NCBI GenBank assembly: GCA_016776925.1
Contig: JADHSL010000007.1
Span: forward strand, 4,821-68,820
Direction of reading: 5' to 3'
Length of the DNA: 64,000 bases
Origin: Pirellulales bacterium
GTDB taxonomy: Bacteria; Planctomycetota; Planctomycetia; Pirellulales; UBA1268
The notes under the pieces were generated by a model, which saw nothing but the letters and a program-made list of their open reading frames with translations, ran no database searches and was not told the DNA's origin. Each line of letters opens with the position of its first letter. Within the stretch, counting starts at the first letter, position 1. Made by a program: the position numbers and the translations under genes. Below are positions 30,508-39,564 of the stretch, piece after piece.

Positions 30508-31443
30508 CTAGCCTGCAGAATGTGTTGCAATTTTATGGCCGCGGCGGAACTCTGCGGGAGCAATTCCGAAGACCCGCTTAAATGCACGCGAGAACTGATA
30601 CTGGTCTGGGTATCCAAGACGATGGGCAGCTTCTCGAACCAGTACCTGCTCATGGGCAAGCCATTCTGCAGCAAGACTCATCCGCTGCCGTGTTAATAGC
30701 CGATACGGGCTATCCTCACCGAATCGTGCAAAAAGGCGGCAAGCGTACTCGGGCGAAATTCCTGCGACGGCACAGGCCGATTCCACTGACTGCCATTGGA
30801 CACAACGATCCACCAGTATTCGCCGAAATTGTTCATAGCTTTTGAATGCACGGTCATCAATGACTTCTTCCGACAAAATCCGCTGATTGATCTTCGCCAG
30901 AAGAACTCCCAACAACTGAGTACAAAGGGTCTCGCTATGGACAGATGGCGGCGACCCACATCGCAACATCAAGTCGAAGATTTCACGGACTTCATCTGGA
31001 TGACTCACCCTCGTCACAGACCCCGCTGTAAGACCCATCCTCCGCAGTCTCGAGCCGGCCTGCCTGCCTACGAAATCAACGTAGTGCTTTCGGAGTAGAT
31101 GCTTTGAGTCAGTTTCTATCCGATGGGGCATACCCGGACCGTACGTAAAGAGCATCCCGGCGTGAATTGGCAATGCTTCCTGAGGCTGCCCGTCCGCAGC
31201 ACGTTCCCCAAACCAGACCTTCCCCTTGCCGGCACAGACAAATTCAATGCAAAAATAGGGAAAGTCATTTCGACTGACTACATAGTCTTTCCGTACATGT
31301 TCATACCCTCCGCAGGCCACTGCAAGCGATTGGGAACGATCTGGGAGCAAGTCCACAAAATAACGCTGTGAAGTTGCCACCTGCCGAGAAACGAAGGAGG
31401 GGAGTCTTTTTCCGGCAGATCGCAGAGAATGTTTTTTCACCAT
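30508..31443 (-). CDS. AraC-family transcriptional regulator (cupin sensor + HTH)
   Basis: C-terminal AraC HTH: REAAHRLGYPDQYQFSRAFKRVFGIAPAEFRR. The N-terminal region is cupin-like. Confidence 0.85.
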   Translation of the reverse strand: MVKKHSLRSAGKRLPSFVSRQVATSQRYFVDLLPDRSQSLAVACGGYEHVRKDYVVSRNDFPYFCIEFVCAGKGKVWFGERAADGQPQEALPIHAGMLFTYGPGMPHRIETDSKHLLRKHYVDFVGRQAGSRLRRMGLTAGSVTRVSHPDEVREIFDLMLRCGSPPSVHSETLCTQLLGVLLAKINQRILSEEVIDDRAFKSYEQFRRILVDRCVQWQSVESACAVAGISPEYACRLFARFGEDSPYRLLTRQRMSLAAEWLAHEQVLVREAAHRLGYPDQYQFSRAFKRVFGIAPAEFRRGHKIATHSAG

Positions 31444-31447
31444 GAGA

Positions 31448-31489
31448 TCAAGAATAGCTATCCTTTAGTCAAGAATCACTATCCTCCAG
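31448..31489. promoter_or_regulatory. tandem 21-bp direct repeat, candidate AraC-type operator in the divergent promoter region
   Basis: TCAAGAATAGCTATCCTTTAG (31448-31468) is immediately followed by TCAAGAATCACTATCCTCCAG (31469-31489), 17/21 identical. The pair lies 5 nt from the araC-like ATG and 68 nt from the ATG at 31557. Confidence 0.45.
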
Positions 31490-31556
31490 TACTGTTCGAG
31501 GCTTTAACCTGTTTTGGCGTGTCGGACCCGTCAAATCCTTAACCCAACAGACTATT

Positions 31557-32804
31557 ATGCGAACACTTCCCCGGTTCTCTTTTGGTGTCGGCGACCGTTT
31601 TGGTCATGAAGCCACCGCACAACTTGCCGCTTTTCAACACCTTGCACGGGAAGGGATTCACGTCGCACCAGTCTGGAATAAATCCCACCGAGAACACGGG
31701 TTCATTGGCAGCCAGCCCAAAGATGTGCGGGTGGCCGCAGCCTCAGCCATCGCTGAGTCTGGCTGGGATGGTCCATGGTATGTCGATGCTGATCATATTC
31801 GGCTCGATACAGTCGATGGGTATCTCGACTCCAGTGATTTTTTCACAATTGATGTAGCTGATTCAATTGGAGAGCCCGCTGATGAGTCAGATATCCGAAC
31901 ATTTATTTCTGCTCACCCAGAACTGTGCAAGCCAGTTTCTATCCCTGGTATCACGAAGGTGATACGTCTCTCCGAAGACAGTACCGCGACTATTGTCCGC
32001 AAGTATTACAAAGCCTGCAGAGACGCGGCGACGATCTATAACCATATCGCCGAATCACGTGGTGATGACGTTGTTGTCGAAGTCAGTATGGACGAAACAG
32101 ACGAGCCACAAACGCCTCCAGAACTACTTGTTATCTTGGCCCTGTTAGCTGATGAGAAGATTCCGGTGCAGACTATCGCCCCCAAGTTTACTGGTCGGTT
32201 TAACAAAGGTGTCGACTATGTTGGTGACCTCGCGCAATTCGAACAAGAGTTTTCTGATGATGTAGCTGTCTGTGGTTTTGCAGTCCAGCAATATGGGCTA
32301 CCCGACACGTTAAAACTTTCAGTGCATTCTGGCAGCGATAAGTTTTCACTCTATCCCATCATTCGACGGGTACTCAATGCAACTGGGGCTGGCGTTCATC
32401 TCAAAACTGCTGGTACCACGTGGCTCGAGGAGTTAATCGGTCTCGCGGAAGCGGGAGGTGACGGACTTCAATTAGTACGTGACGTCTATCAATATGCGAT
32501 CGAGCATCGCGACGAACTCTGCGGCCCGTACGCAACCGTCATTGACATCGACCCATCACAACTTCTCTCAGTGGAAGACTTTGGGCTTCTTTCAGGCCCC
32601 GACACCGCTGCAACTATTCGACACATTCAGGATGATAAACGGTTTAACCCTCATGTCCGCCAGTTACTCCATATCGCCTTTAAGGTTGCAGCAGGAGAAG
32701 GCGAACGATATACCGATTTGCTCAAAGAACATCGTGTCGTAGTGGCCGACCAAGTTACAACAAATTTGTATGATCGACATCTTCGGCCACTCTTCGCACA
32801 GTAG
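31557..32804 (+). CDS. UxaE-like (tagaturonate/fructuronate epimerase family) TIM-barrel protein
   Basis: SFGVGDRFGHEA and WYVDADHIRL resemble the UxaE-family motifs as I remember them. The CDS itself is well supported; the function is tentative. Confidence 0.45.
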   Translation: MRTLPRFSFGVGDRFGHEATAQLAAFQHLAREGIHVAPVWNKSHREHGFIGSQPKDVRVAAASAIAESGWDGPWYVDADHIRLDTVDGYLDSSDFFTIDVADSIGEPADESDIRTFISAHPELCKPVSIPGITKVIRLSEDSTATIVRKYYKACRDAATIYNHIAESRGDDVVVEVSMDETDEPQTPPELLVILALLADEKIPVQTIAPKFTGRFNKGVDYVGDLAQFEQEFSDDVAVCGFAVQQYGLPDTLKLSVHSGSDKFSLYPIIRRVLNATGAGVHLKTAGTTWLEELIGLAEAGGDGLQLVRDVYQYAIEHRDELCGPYATVIDIDPSQLLSVEDFGLLSGPDTAATIRHIQDDKRFNPHVRQLLHIAFKVAAGEGERYTDLLKEHRVVVADQVTTNLYDRHLRPLFAQ

Positions 32805-32844
32805 CCCGTGCTGTCATGATCATGCCCTAACCAGAAAGCCCCGC

Positions 32845-33678
32845 ATGAAATCGGCTATCACAATTTGCCTGGTACCAGAAGCAGCACGTGGACCATTTGT
32901 TTTCCATGAAGGACTTTCTGCTAGTTGTCAAAATGCAGCGGATGCCGGCTTTGACGCAGTTGAAATATTTCCACCAAGTGCGCATGAATTTCCGACGAAG
33001 GAACTCAAAACCCTGCTTGAACAGACGTCTCTCAATCTAGCTGCCGTTGGAACCGGCGCCGGCTGGCTGAAACGACGCCTCTCCCTCACGGACACCGATT
33101 CGGACAAGCGTCGTGAGGCCGTACAGTTCATTTCAGAAATTATTGACGTCGCAGCCGAGTTCGGCGCGCCTGCCATCATTGGTTCGATGCAAGGCCAAGC
33201 AGGTGACGTAACCCAGCGGTCAGATTCACTGGCTTTCCTCGCTGACACCCTACACACGCTCGGTAACCAAGCAGAGCGTCACGGGCAGGTGCTACTCTAC
33301 GAACCGCTGAATCGTTATGAAACGAATCTACTGAACACCCAGGAAGAAGCTGCGAAGTATCTTATCGAGCATTCTCTTGTGGACAGTGGCGTACGGCTCC
33401 TCTGTGATCTCTTTCATATGAATATCGAAGAGCAGAATGTGCCAGAGACAATAATTCGTCTCGGTGCTCTTCACACAGACCTTATTAGTCACGTGCACTG
33501 GGCCGACTCAAACAGGAGGGCAATGGGCTTTGGACATACTGATTACCGTGCAGTCTACAACGCTCTCAACGCAGTCGGATATGACCGTTATCTAGCTGCG
33601 GAAGTTTTTCCACTGCCTTCAGCAATTGAAGCAGCCAGCCAAACCATTTCTTCGATTGAGGCCTCTACCTCGTCATAG
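32845..33678 (+). CDS. sugar phosphate isomerase/epimerase (xylose isomerase-like TIM barrel)
   Basis: Pattern GFDAVEIF...YEPLNRYETN...DLFHMNIEE...HVHWADSNR, typical of AP_endonuc_2/IolE-like proteins. I chose the ATG at 32845 (MKSAITICL). Confidence 0.8.
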   Translation: MKSAITICLVPEAARGPFVFHEGLSASCQNAADAGFDAVEIFPPSAHEFPTKELKTLLEQTSLNLAAVGTGAGWLKRRLSLTDTDSDKRREAVQFISEIIDVAAEFGAPAIIGSMQGQAGDVTQRSDSLAFLADTLHTLGNQAERHGQVLLYEPLNRYETNLLNTQEEAAKYLIEHSLVDSGVRLLCDLFHMNIEEQNVPETIIRLGALHTDLISHVHWADSNRRAMGFGHTDYRAVYNALNAVGYDRYLAAEVFPLPSAIEAASQTISSIEASTSS

Positions 33679-33710
33679 CCACCATCTCTAGACACGAACT
33701 AACTGATACC

Positions 33711-34175
33711 ATGTTGAGCACACCACTACTCCACCCTGAAATTCTTAAAAATATCGCACTCGGTGGACATCACTCACTCATACTCATAGCCGATGGCAAC
33801 TATCCAGCTGCCACCAAACGTGGCCCAAACGCCGACGTAGTGCCGCTTCAACTCATGCCCGATGTGCCAACGGTTGCCCAGGTTTTCCAGGCAATTCTGG
33901 GAACCATCCAAATCGATGCGGTTCAGACAATGGGGGTCGACAGAGACGACTCATATGCGGCTGCCACTCCGGGCGATCCACCGGTTTGGGAACAGTACCG
34001 AAGTCTTCTCAAAGCTGCTGGAAGCACCTGTGTTCTGGATCCTATTGTGAAATGGGACTTCTACACCGCGGTCGATTCCGCTGATCACATACTCACCGTG
34101 CAAACAGCTGATACCCAACCGTGGGCGAACCTTCTCCTCACTATTGGATGCCGTACATTCAATTCCGCAAACTAA
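33711..34175 (+). CDS. fucU: RbsD/FucU family mutarotase (L-fucose mutarotase-like)
   Basis: LLHPEILKNIALGGHHSLILIADGNYP is the characteristic RbsD/FucU N-terminus. About 150 aa. Confidence 0.8.
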   Translation: MLSTPLLHPEILKNIALGGHHSLILIADGNYPAATKRGPNADVVPLQLMPDVPTVAQVFQAILGTIQIDAVQTMGVDRDDSYAAATPGDPPVWEQYRSLLKAAGSTCVLDPIVKWDFYTAVDSADHILTVQTADTQPWANLLLTIGCRTFNSAN

Positions 34176-34199
34176 GGTTTCATACTAAAGAGAGTATCC

Positions 34200-35132
34200 A
34201 TGCAGACCAGACCTCTTGGCACCACTGGACTTGAAGTCCCAATCCTTTCCTTTGGCGCCTCATCGCTCGGACAAGAATTCCGAAAAATTACACTTGATGA
34301 AGCCATGTCCAGCGTTCGGGTGGCGATTGACAACGGCATGCGTCTCATCGACACAAGCCCTTTCTATGGCCGTGGGATGAGTGAAATTATGCTGGGTCTT
34401 GCGCTCCAAGATATACCCCGCGACGACTACCTGCTCTGCACAAAACTTGGCCGGTATGATGTAGGACACTTTGACTTCTCGGCAGATCGCGTGGCTGAAA
34501 GTGTCGACATATCATTACATCGACTCGGCACCGACCACCTCGACATCATGCTCTGTCATGACATTGAATTTGTCCCTATGCAACAGATTGTGGACGAAAC
34601 TCTCCCCGCACTCCGACAAGCACAGCAGGCTGGGAAAATTCGTTTTATCGGGTTCAGTGGCTACCCACAGAAAATCTTTCGTTTTATCTGCGACCAGGCA
34701 GATGTCGATTGTGTTCTAAACTACAACCAATACACGCTTCAAAACACACTCTTTACTGACGAAACGGTGCCCTATCTTCAGGAAAAGGGTATTGGTGTCA
34801 TGCATGCTGGTCCATTCAGCGCACGTCTTTTGACAGACGCCCCACTTCCACCTTGGCTCAAAGAACCTGAGAACGTTCGCCAAGCAGCACGTGAGGCTGT
34901 TAAATGTTGTCATGAGCATGGGTCGTCATTAGCCAAGCTTGCCCTTCAGTTCTCGGTTGCCAATCCTGCAATAGCAACAACTGTTGCAGGAAGTGCGAAC
35001 CCCAAAAATATTCGCCAATGGGCAGAATGGCTTCAAGAGCCTCTGGATGAGCAATTACTTCAAACTGTACTGAAGATATTCGAACCCGTGAAGAACATCG
35101 GGCACAGCGAGGGCCTTCCAGAAAATAATTAG
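34200..35132 (+). CDS. aldo/keto reductase (aldose 1-dehydrogenase-like)
   Basis: MQTRPLGTTGLEVPILSFGASSLG, IDTSPFYGRG and LHRLGTDHLDIMLCHD. Confidence 0.85.
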   Translation: MQTRPLGTTGLEVPILSFGASSLGQEFRKITLDEAMSSVRVAIDNGMRLIDTSPFYGRGMSEIMLGLALQDIPRDDYLLCTKLGRYDVGHFDFSADRVAESVDISLHRLGTDHLDIMLCHDIEFVPMQQIVDETLPALRQAQQAGKIRFIGFSGYPQKIFRFICDQADVDCVLNYNQYTLQNTLFTDETVPYLQEKGIGVMHAGPFSARLLTDAPLPPWLKEPENVRQAAREAVKCCHEHGSSLAKLALQFSVANPAIATTVAGSANPKNIRQWAEWLQEPLDEQLLQTVLKIFEPVKNIGHSEGLPENN

Positions 35133-35183
35133 ACCGCTCTCCTCATTACTCGTAGCCACCGATTCCGCTCATACTGTCAACCC

Positions 35184-36020
35184 ATGAACATTGACTCTCA
35201 CCACCATTTCTGGAAGTACACCGCCGACGAGTACCCTTGGATATCTACCGGGATGAGACGTCTGGCACGCGACTACTTGCCGGCTGACCTTATTAAAGCG
35301 ACACAGCCTCATGACATCACGGGTTCAGTAGCAGTACAAGCCCGGCAAACAATACAGGAAACACAATGGCTCCTTGAGCTGGCTGCTAACTACTCTTTCA
35401 TACGTGGCGTTGTCGGCTGGGTAGATCTCAGAAGCCCTTCGGTCAGTGAAGACCTCGAAAGATTTTCCGAGAATGACAAGTTTGTTGGTGTTCGGCACGT
35501 CGTGCAGGACGAACCAGATCCGCGATTTCTATTAGGCAATGACTTCGTGCGTGGGCTCCGTTACTTGCCGGCATATAACCTGACATACGATATTCTGGTC
35601 TTCCCTCATCAGTTACCTGCTGCTTACGAACTCGTGAAATTGTTGCCTGACCAACCTTTTGTCTTGGATCATATGGCCAAACCCGATATCGAGCACCACG
35701 CGATTTCTGAATGGAAGCGGCACTTCAACGCACTGGCAGAGCATGAAAATGTAGTCTGCAAACTCTCTGGACTGGTAACCGAGGCGAATTGGAACGTGTG
35801 GCAGCAACGTGACTTCACGCCATATCTTGATGTCGCGCTGGAAGCGTTTGGTCCAGAACGACTACTCTACGGTAGCGATTGGCCCGTCTGCCTGCTCTCC
35901 GCTGAATATGCGGAGGTACTCTGCATTGCAAACAGCCTTATTGACCGAGTCTCTCTTCATGAAGCCAAAGCCATACGTGGCACAAATGCAACACAGTTCT
36001 ATGGCCTTCAGGACGAGTAA
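35184..36020 (+). CDS. amidohydrolase-2 family protein (L-fucono-1,5-lactonase-like)
   Basis: N-terminal IDSHHHFW metal motif, VLDHMAKPD and YGSDWPV. Confidence 0.8.
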   Translation: MNIDSHHHFWKYTADEYPWISTGMRRLARDYLPADLIKATQPHDITGSVAVQARQTIQETQWLLELAANYSFIRGVVGWVDLRSPSVSEDLERFSENDKFVGVRHVVQDEPDPRFLLGNDFVRGLRYLPAYNLTYDILVFPHQLPAAYELVKLLPDQPFVLDHMAKPDIEHHAISEWKRHFNALAEHENVVCKLSGLVTEANWNVWQQRDFTPYLDVALEAFGPERLLYGSDWPVCLLSAEYAEVLCIANSLIDRVSLHEAKAIRGTNATQFYGLQDE

Positions 36021-36039
36021 CCACACCCTTCCCCCTTGA

Positions 36040-37089
36040 ATGAAATTGATTTCCATGCAAGCACTTCAACTCGTTGAACCCAAGCGATGGGCAATGATAG
36101 AGATACCAGAACCAGCTCAGCTTCAGCCTGGTGAGGCACTTGTTCGGGTCGAAGCAGTCGGCATCTGCGGGACTGACTACAGTGGTTTCCTAGGGAAAAT
36201 GCCGTTCTTTAGTTACCCGAGGATTCCAGGCCATGAGCTTGGCGTTGAGGTGATTGGCATTGGAGAAGACGTCACAAACATTACAGTCGGTGATCGTTGT
36301 TGCGTGGAGCCGTACATCAATTGCCAGAAATGTCACTCATGTCGTCTTGGCAAAACCAACTGCTGCGAGCATCATCAGACCCTCGGCGTACACTGCGACG
36401 GCGGGCTCCGGCCTCAATTTATCGTCCCGGCGAGAAAACTCCACCCGTCTCCTAATCTCTCCGCCGAGCAGAATGCACTTGTCGAAACCCTTGCCATTGG
36501 GTGCCACGCAGTTGACAGGGCCAATATTGACTCAAAAGATACCGTTCTTGTCATCGGTGCCGGGCCGATCGGCCTATCTGCTATGGAATTTGTCCGTCTC
36601 GCGGGAGCCCGGCTCCTCGTCATGGATATGGTTCAAAGTCGCCTCGACTTTGTAACTCAAACCTACGGCCTGACTGACACTATCTGTGCTGATGGCACCG
36701 AGGCGGATCTCAACGCAGTCGCCGAACTCACCGACAATGAATTCTGTGACGTTGTCATTGATGCCACCGGCAGTGACCGCAGCATGAACCGCTCACTTGA
36801 ATTTGCTGCATTCGGTGGCCGAGTCGTCTACGTTGGGATAACTCAAGGAACTCTTTCGTTTCCCCACGCGCCACTCCTCCATCGTCGGGAACTAACAATT
36901 CTTGCAAGCAGGAACGCTTTATCACGGGATTTTGATCGCATTATCAAAGAGATTGAGGCTGAACGAATTAATACCGCACCGTGGATAACCCATCGAATGA
37001 GTTGGACTGAACTCCCCGATCAATTCCCGCACCTTGTTGACCCATCCAGCGGCGTACTCAAGGCAGTTGCTACAGTCGAATCAACCTAG
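36040..37089 (+). CDS. zinc-dependent medium-chain alcohol/polyol dehydrogenase
   Basis: GICGTDYSGFLG, GHELGVEV, structural-Zn cysteines CQKCHSCRLGKTNCC and VIGAGPIGL. Confidence 0.85.
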   Translation: MKLISMQALQLVEPKRWAMIEIPEPAQLQPGEALVRVEAVGICGTDYSGFLGKMPFFSYPRIPGHELGVEVIGIGEDVTNITVGDRCCVEPYINCQKCHSCRLGKTNCCEHHQTLGVHCDGGLRPQFIVPARKLHPSPNLSAEQNALVETLAIGCHAVDRANIDSKDTVLVIGAGPIGLSAMEFVRLAGARLLVMDMVQSRLDFVTQTYGLTDTICADGTEADLNAVAELTDNEFCDVVIDATGSDRSMNRSLEFAAFGGRVVYVGITQGTLSFPHAPLLHRRELTILASRNALSRDFDRIIKEIEAERINTAPWITHRMSWTELPDQFPHLVDPSSGVLKAVATVEST

Positions 37090-37140
37090 CCTTCGCCTGA
37101 AAATCACCTGTTTCAGGAAGCCTTCAGGGCCTTATGATTG

Positions 37141-38718
37141 CTACTCATTCAGAAGACTGTCTGCAGCCACTCTTGGCGTGACTCCATCCTCGTCTACCCG
37201 CCGATTTGCAGTCCGCATCGCTGCCACAGATATCTGGTTAAGCAGTGGCTCAAGAACATGGACGAGATCTCTGTTCTTCGCTGCTCGTGGTGACAAAAGA
37301 AGAACCGCATCATAAGGGGGAAATGCCTCCTTCGGATCATTGAGTACAGCGAGATCAAAGGCTTCAATCCTGCCATCGGTAGAGAAGCCCGCTGCAACAT
37401 CGACCTGCCCATCTGCTACCGCTTGGTACATGAAAGTGGAATCCATTCCGACCTCAGTAATATCTGATAATGCATATAGGTTTCGCACCCGCTGCCATTC
37501 CGGCCGACCAAAAAATTCCGGGTCGCCGCCAATTCTGAGATCCTTCGCCACAGGAGTCAGGTTACCAATCTGCCTAAGCCCATACCTCTGCACGGTCTGA
37601 CGCCTGGCGACCAATGCATACGTGTTCTCGAACCCCAATGCTCCGGCGAGGACAATACCATACTCATCATAGAGCCTGCCGGCGACGGCAGCCCGCATCG
37701 CAATCCGGCTTATCGGGTCCGTCTCCTTCAAGACCGTGCTCCAAATTGTCCCTGTGTAGCCGACATAGACGTCGACTGTATTCTTGGCAAGCGCATTGAA
37801 AACGATTGTTGACCCCATATTACTGAGCACTTCCGGCGTACCACCAGCGTCCTCAATCTTTTCCCGAAGAATCTCCGCCAGAATAAATTGCTCCGTGAAT
37901 CCCTTGGCACCAATACGAACAACCTGCCCTTCGAGTGTGGTACGCAATGGACCGCTGCTATCTGATTTCTCGGACTCGTTCTCCTTTTCCTGCAGCTTTG
38001 AAAAGCCTGCCGCTTCTGGACCAAGAACACCCGGAACGATGCCCATCGCAACGAGGCCAACAATGGCACACATTGCGAGAGCCAAGGAGGTTTTCCGTCG
38101 TGATTGAATACTTGTTTCGATGACAGCTATGAGTTGGTCCAAAACCAGCGAGAGTGTCATCGTAGCAACGCAACCAAAAATCACTCGTTGCCAATCTCGA
38201 AGTTGCAGACCACTAAATATATAATTTCCAAGACTCGGTGCACCAACAGGCGTTGACAGCGTCGCAATACCGACAACCCATACCGTCGCCGTTCGAATGC
38301 CTGCAAGAATCACAGGGAAGGCAAGTGGCAATTCGACCCGAAACAGTTGCTGGAGCGGCCGCATCCCGACAGCTTTGGCTGCTTCGCGCATCGCTGGATC
38401 GACAGACTCCAGACCGACAATTGTATTTCGTATAATTGGCAAAATACTGTAGATGAGCAATGCTATAAAGGCTGGCCAATAGCCGATGGTACCCCCCAAC
38501 AAAGCAACCATAATGGCTAGCAAAGCAATACTGGGGACTGTTTGCACAAGAGACACCAGTGACATGACCGGGCCCCGTATGGTCGCAGACTTCACACAGA
38601 GAACACCGAGTGGCAGGCTGATTAGCACGCCGATAAATATTGCTGGCACAGCCAGTGTGAGGTGACCCCCTAGAAGATCTGGCAACTGTTCAAACAGGAG
38701 AGTGAGTCTGGGGCTCAT
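37141..38718 (-). CDS. betaine/choline-type ABC transporter, fused permease + OpuBC/OpuCC-like substrate-binding domain
   Basis: N-terminal 6-TM BPD_transp_1-like domain, one extra TM helix, then a C-terminal SBP domain (VVRIGAKGFTEQFILAEIL...GFENTYALV...DPKEAFPPYDAVLLL). The start overlaps the ATPase stop (ATGA). Confidence 0.85.
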   Translation of the reverse strand: MSPRLTLLFEQLPDLLGGHLTLAVPAIFIGVLISLPLGVLCVKSATIRGPVMSLVSLVQTVPSIALLAIMVALLGGTIGYWPAFIALLIYSILPIIRNTIVGLESVDPAMREAAKAVGMRPLQQLFRVELPLAFPVILAGIRTATVWVVGIATLSTPVGAPSLGNYIFSGLQLRDWQRVIFGCVATMTLSLVLDQLIAVIETSIQSRRKTSLALAMCAIVGLVAMGIVPGVLGPEAAGFSKLQEKENESEKSDSSGPLRTTLEGQVVRIGAKGFTEQFILAEILREKIEDAGGTPEVLSNMGSTIVFNALAKNTVDVYVGYTGTIWSTVLKETDPISRIAMRAAVAGRLYDEYGIVLAGALGFENTYALVARRQTVQRYGLRQIGNLTPVAKDLRIGGDPEFFGRPEWQRVRNLYALSDITEVGMDSTFMYQAVADGQVDVAAGFSTDGRIEAFDLAVLNDPKEAFPPYDAVLLLSPRAAKNRDLVHVLEPLLNQISVAAMRTANRRVDEDGVTPRVAADSLLNE

Positions 38719-39512
38719 CGCGCACCTCCAGACGCCTTGCCATGCAGAAGCGATTCAATGAAGTCGCTATGGCGACGAGGGGTATCGATAAGCTGAGCGA
38801 CGTATGCATTTACGGGAGAGGTTAACAGGACCTGGGGGCTCGCAACTTGTGCAATTTCACCTTTGTGCATGACTGCAATACGATCAGCAAGAAGAACCGC
38901 TTCTGACATATCGTGTGTCACAAGAACCACGCTCAACTCCAATTTCTTCTGGAGTGATCGAAACTCCTGCTGTAAGGCGTCACGAGTAATTGGATCGAGT
39001 GCACCGAAGGGTTCATCCATCAGAATCGCTTGCGGCTTCGATGCAAGCGCTCTGGCAAACCCAACCCGTTGTTGCTGCCCGCCAGACAGCTCTGATGGAA
39101 GCCGATCTCGATATTCATCAGCAGGCAAGTCAACCATTGTGAGCAATTCGTTCACTCGCTCAATAATTGAATTTTTGGTCCATCCCAGCAACTGCAGTGT
39201 GACACCAACATTCTGACCGACGCTCATATGGGGGAAGAGCCCAACGCCCTGGAAGGCATATCCAATTGAACGCCTGAGACCGACAGGATCAACATTTGTA
39301 ACATCCTCGCCCATGACCTTCACTGAGCCCGAAGTCGGCTCGATAAGCCTGTTAATCATTTTCAGTGTAGTTGTTTTCCCACTACCTGATCCCCCAACGA
39401 TAGCCAGAACTTCTCCCTGTGCCACGGAAAGGTCGACAGATTTTACTGCAGGCTCAACAGAATTTCCGAAACACTTCGTGAGGGAGACGAGTTCTATAGC
39501 GGGAACGTGCAT
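38715..39512 (-). CDS. ABC transporter ATP-binding protein (OpuCA/ProV-like core, no CBS tail)
   Basis: Walker A GGSGSGKTT, signature LSGGQQQRV, Walker B ILMDEPFGALD. ATG at 39512; the track uses the GTG at 39536. Confidence 0.9.
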   Translation of the reverse strand: MHVPAIELVSLTKCFGNSVEPAVKSVDLSVAQGEVLAIVGGSGSGKTTTLKMINRLIEPTSGSVKVMGEDVTNVDPVGLRRSIGYAFQGVGLFPHMSVGQNVGVTLQLLGWTKNSIIERVNELLTMVDLPADEYRDRLPSELSGGQQQRVGFARALASKPQAILMDEPFGALDPITRDALQQEFRSLQKKLELSVVLVTHDMSEAVLLADRIAVMHKGEIAQVASPQVLLTSPVNAYVAQLIDTPRRHSDFIESLLHGKASGGAR

Positions 39513-39564
39513 GTTCACCGGATGACTCCTAACCACACGGACAGTATTCTACCTACGAAACGAA

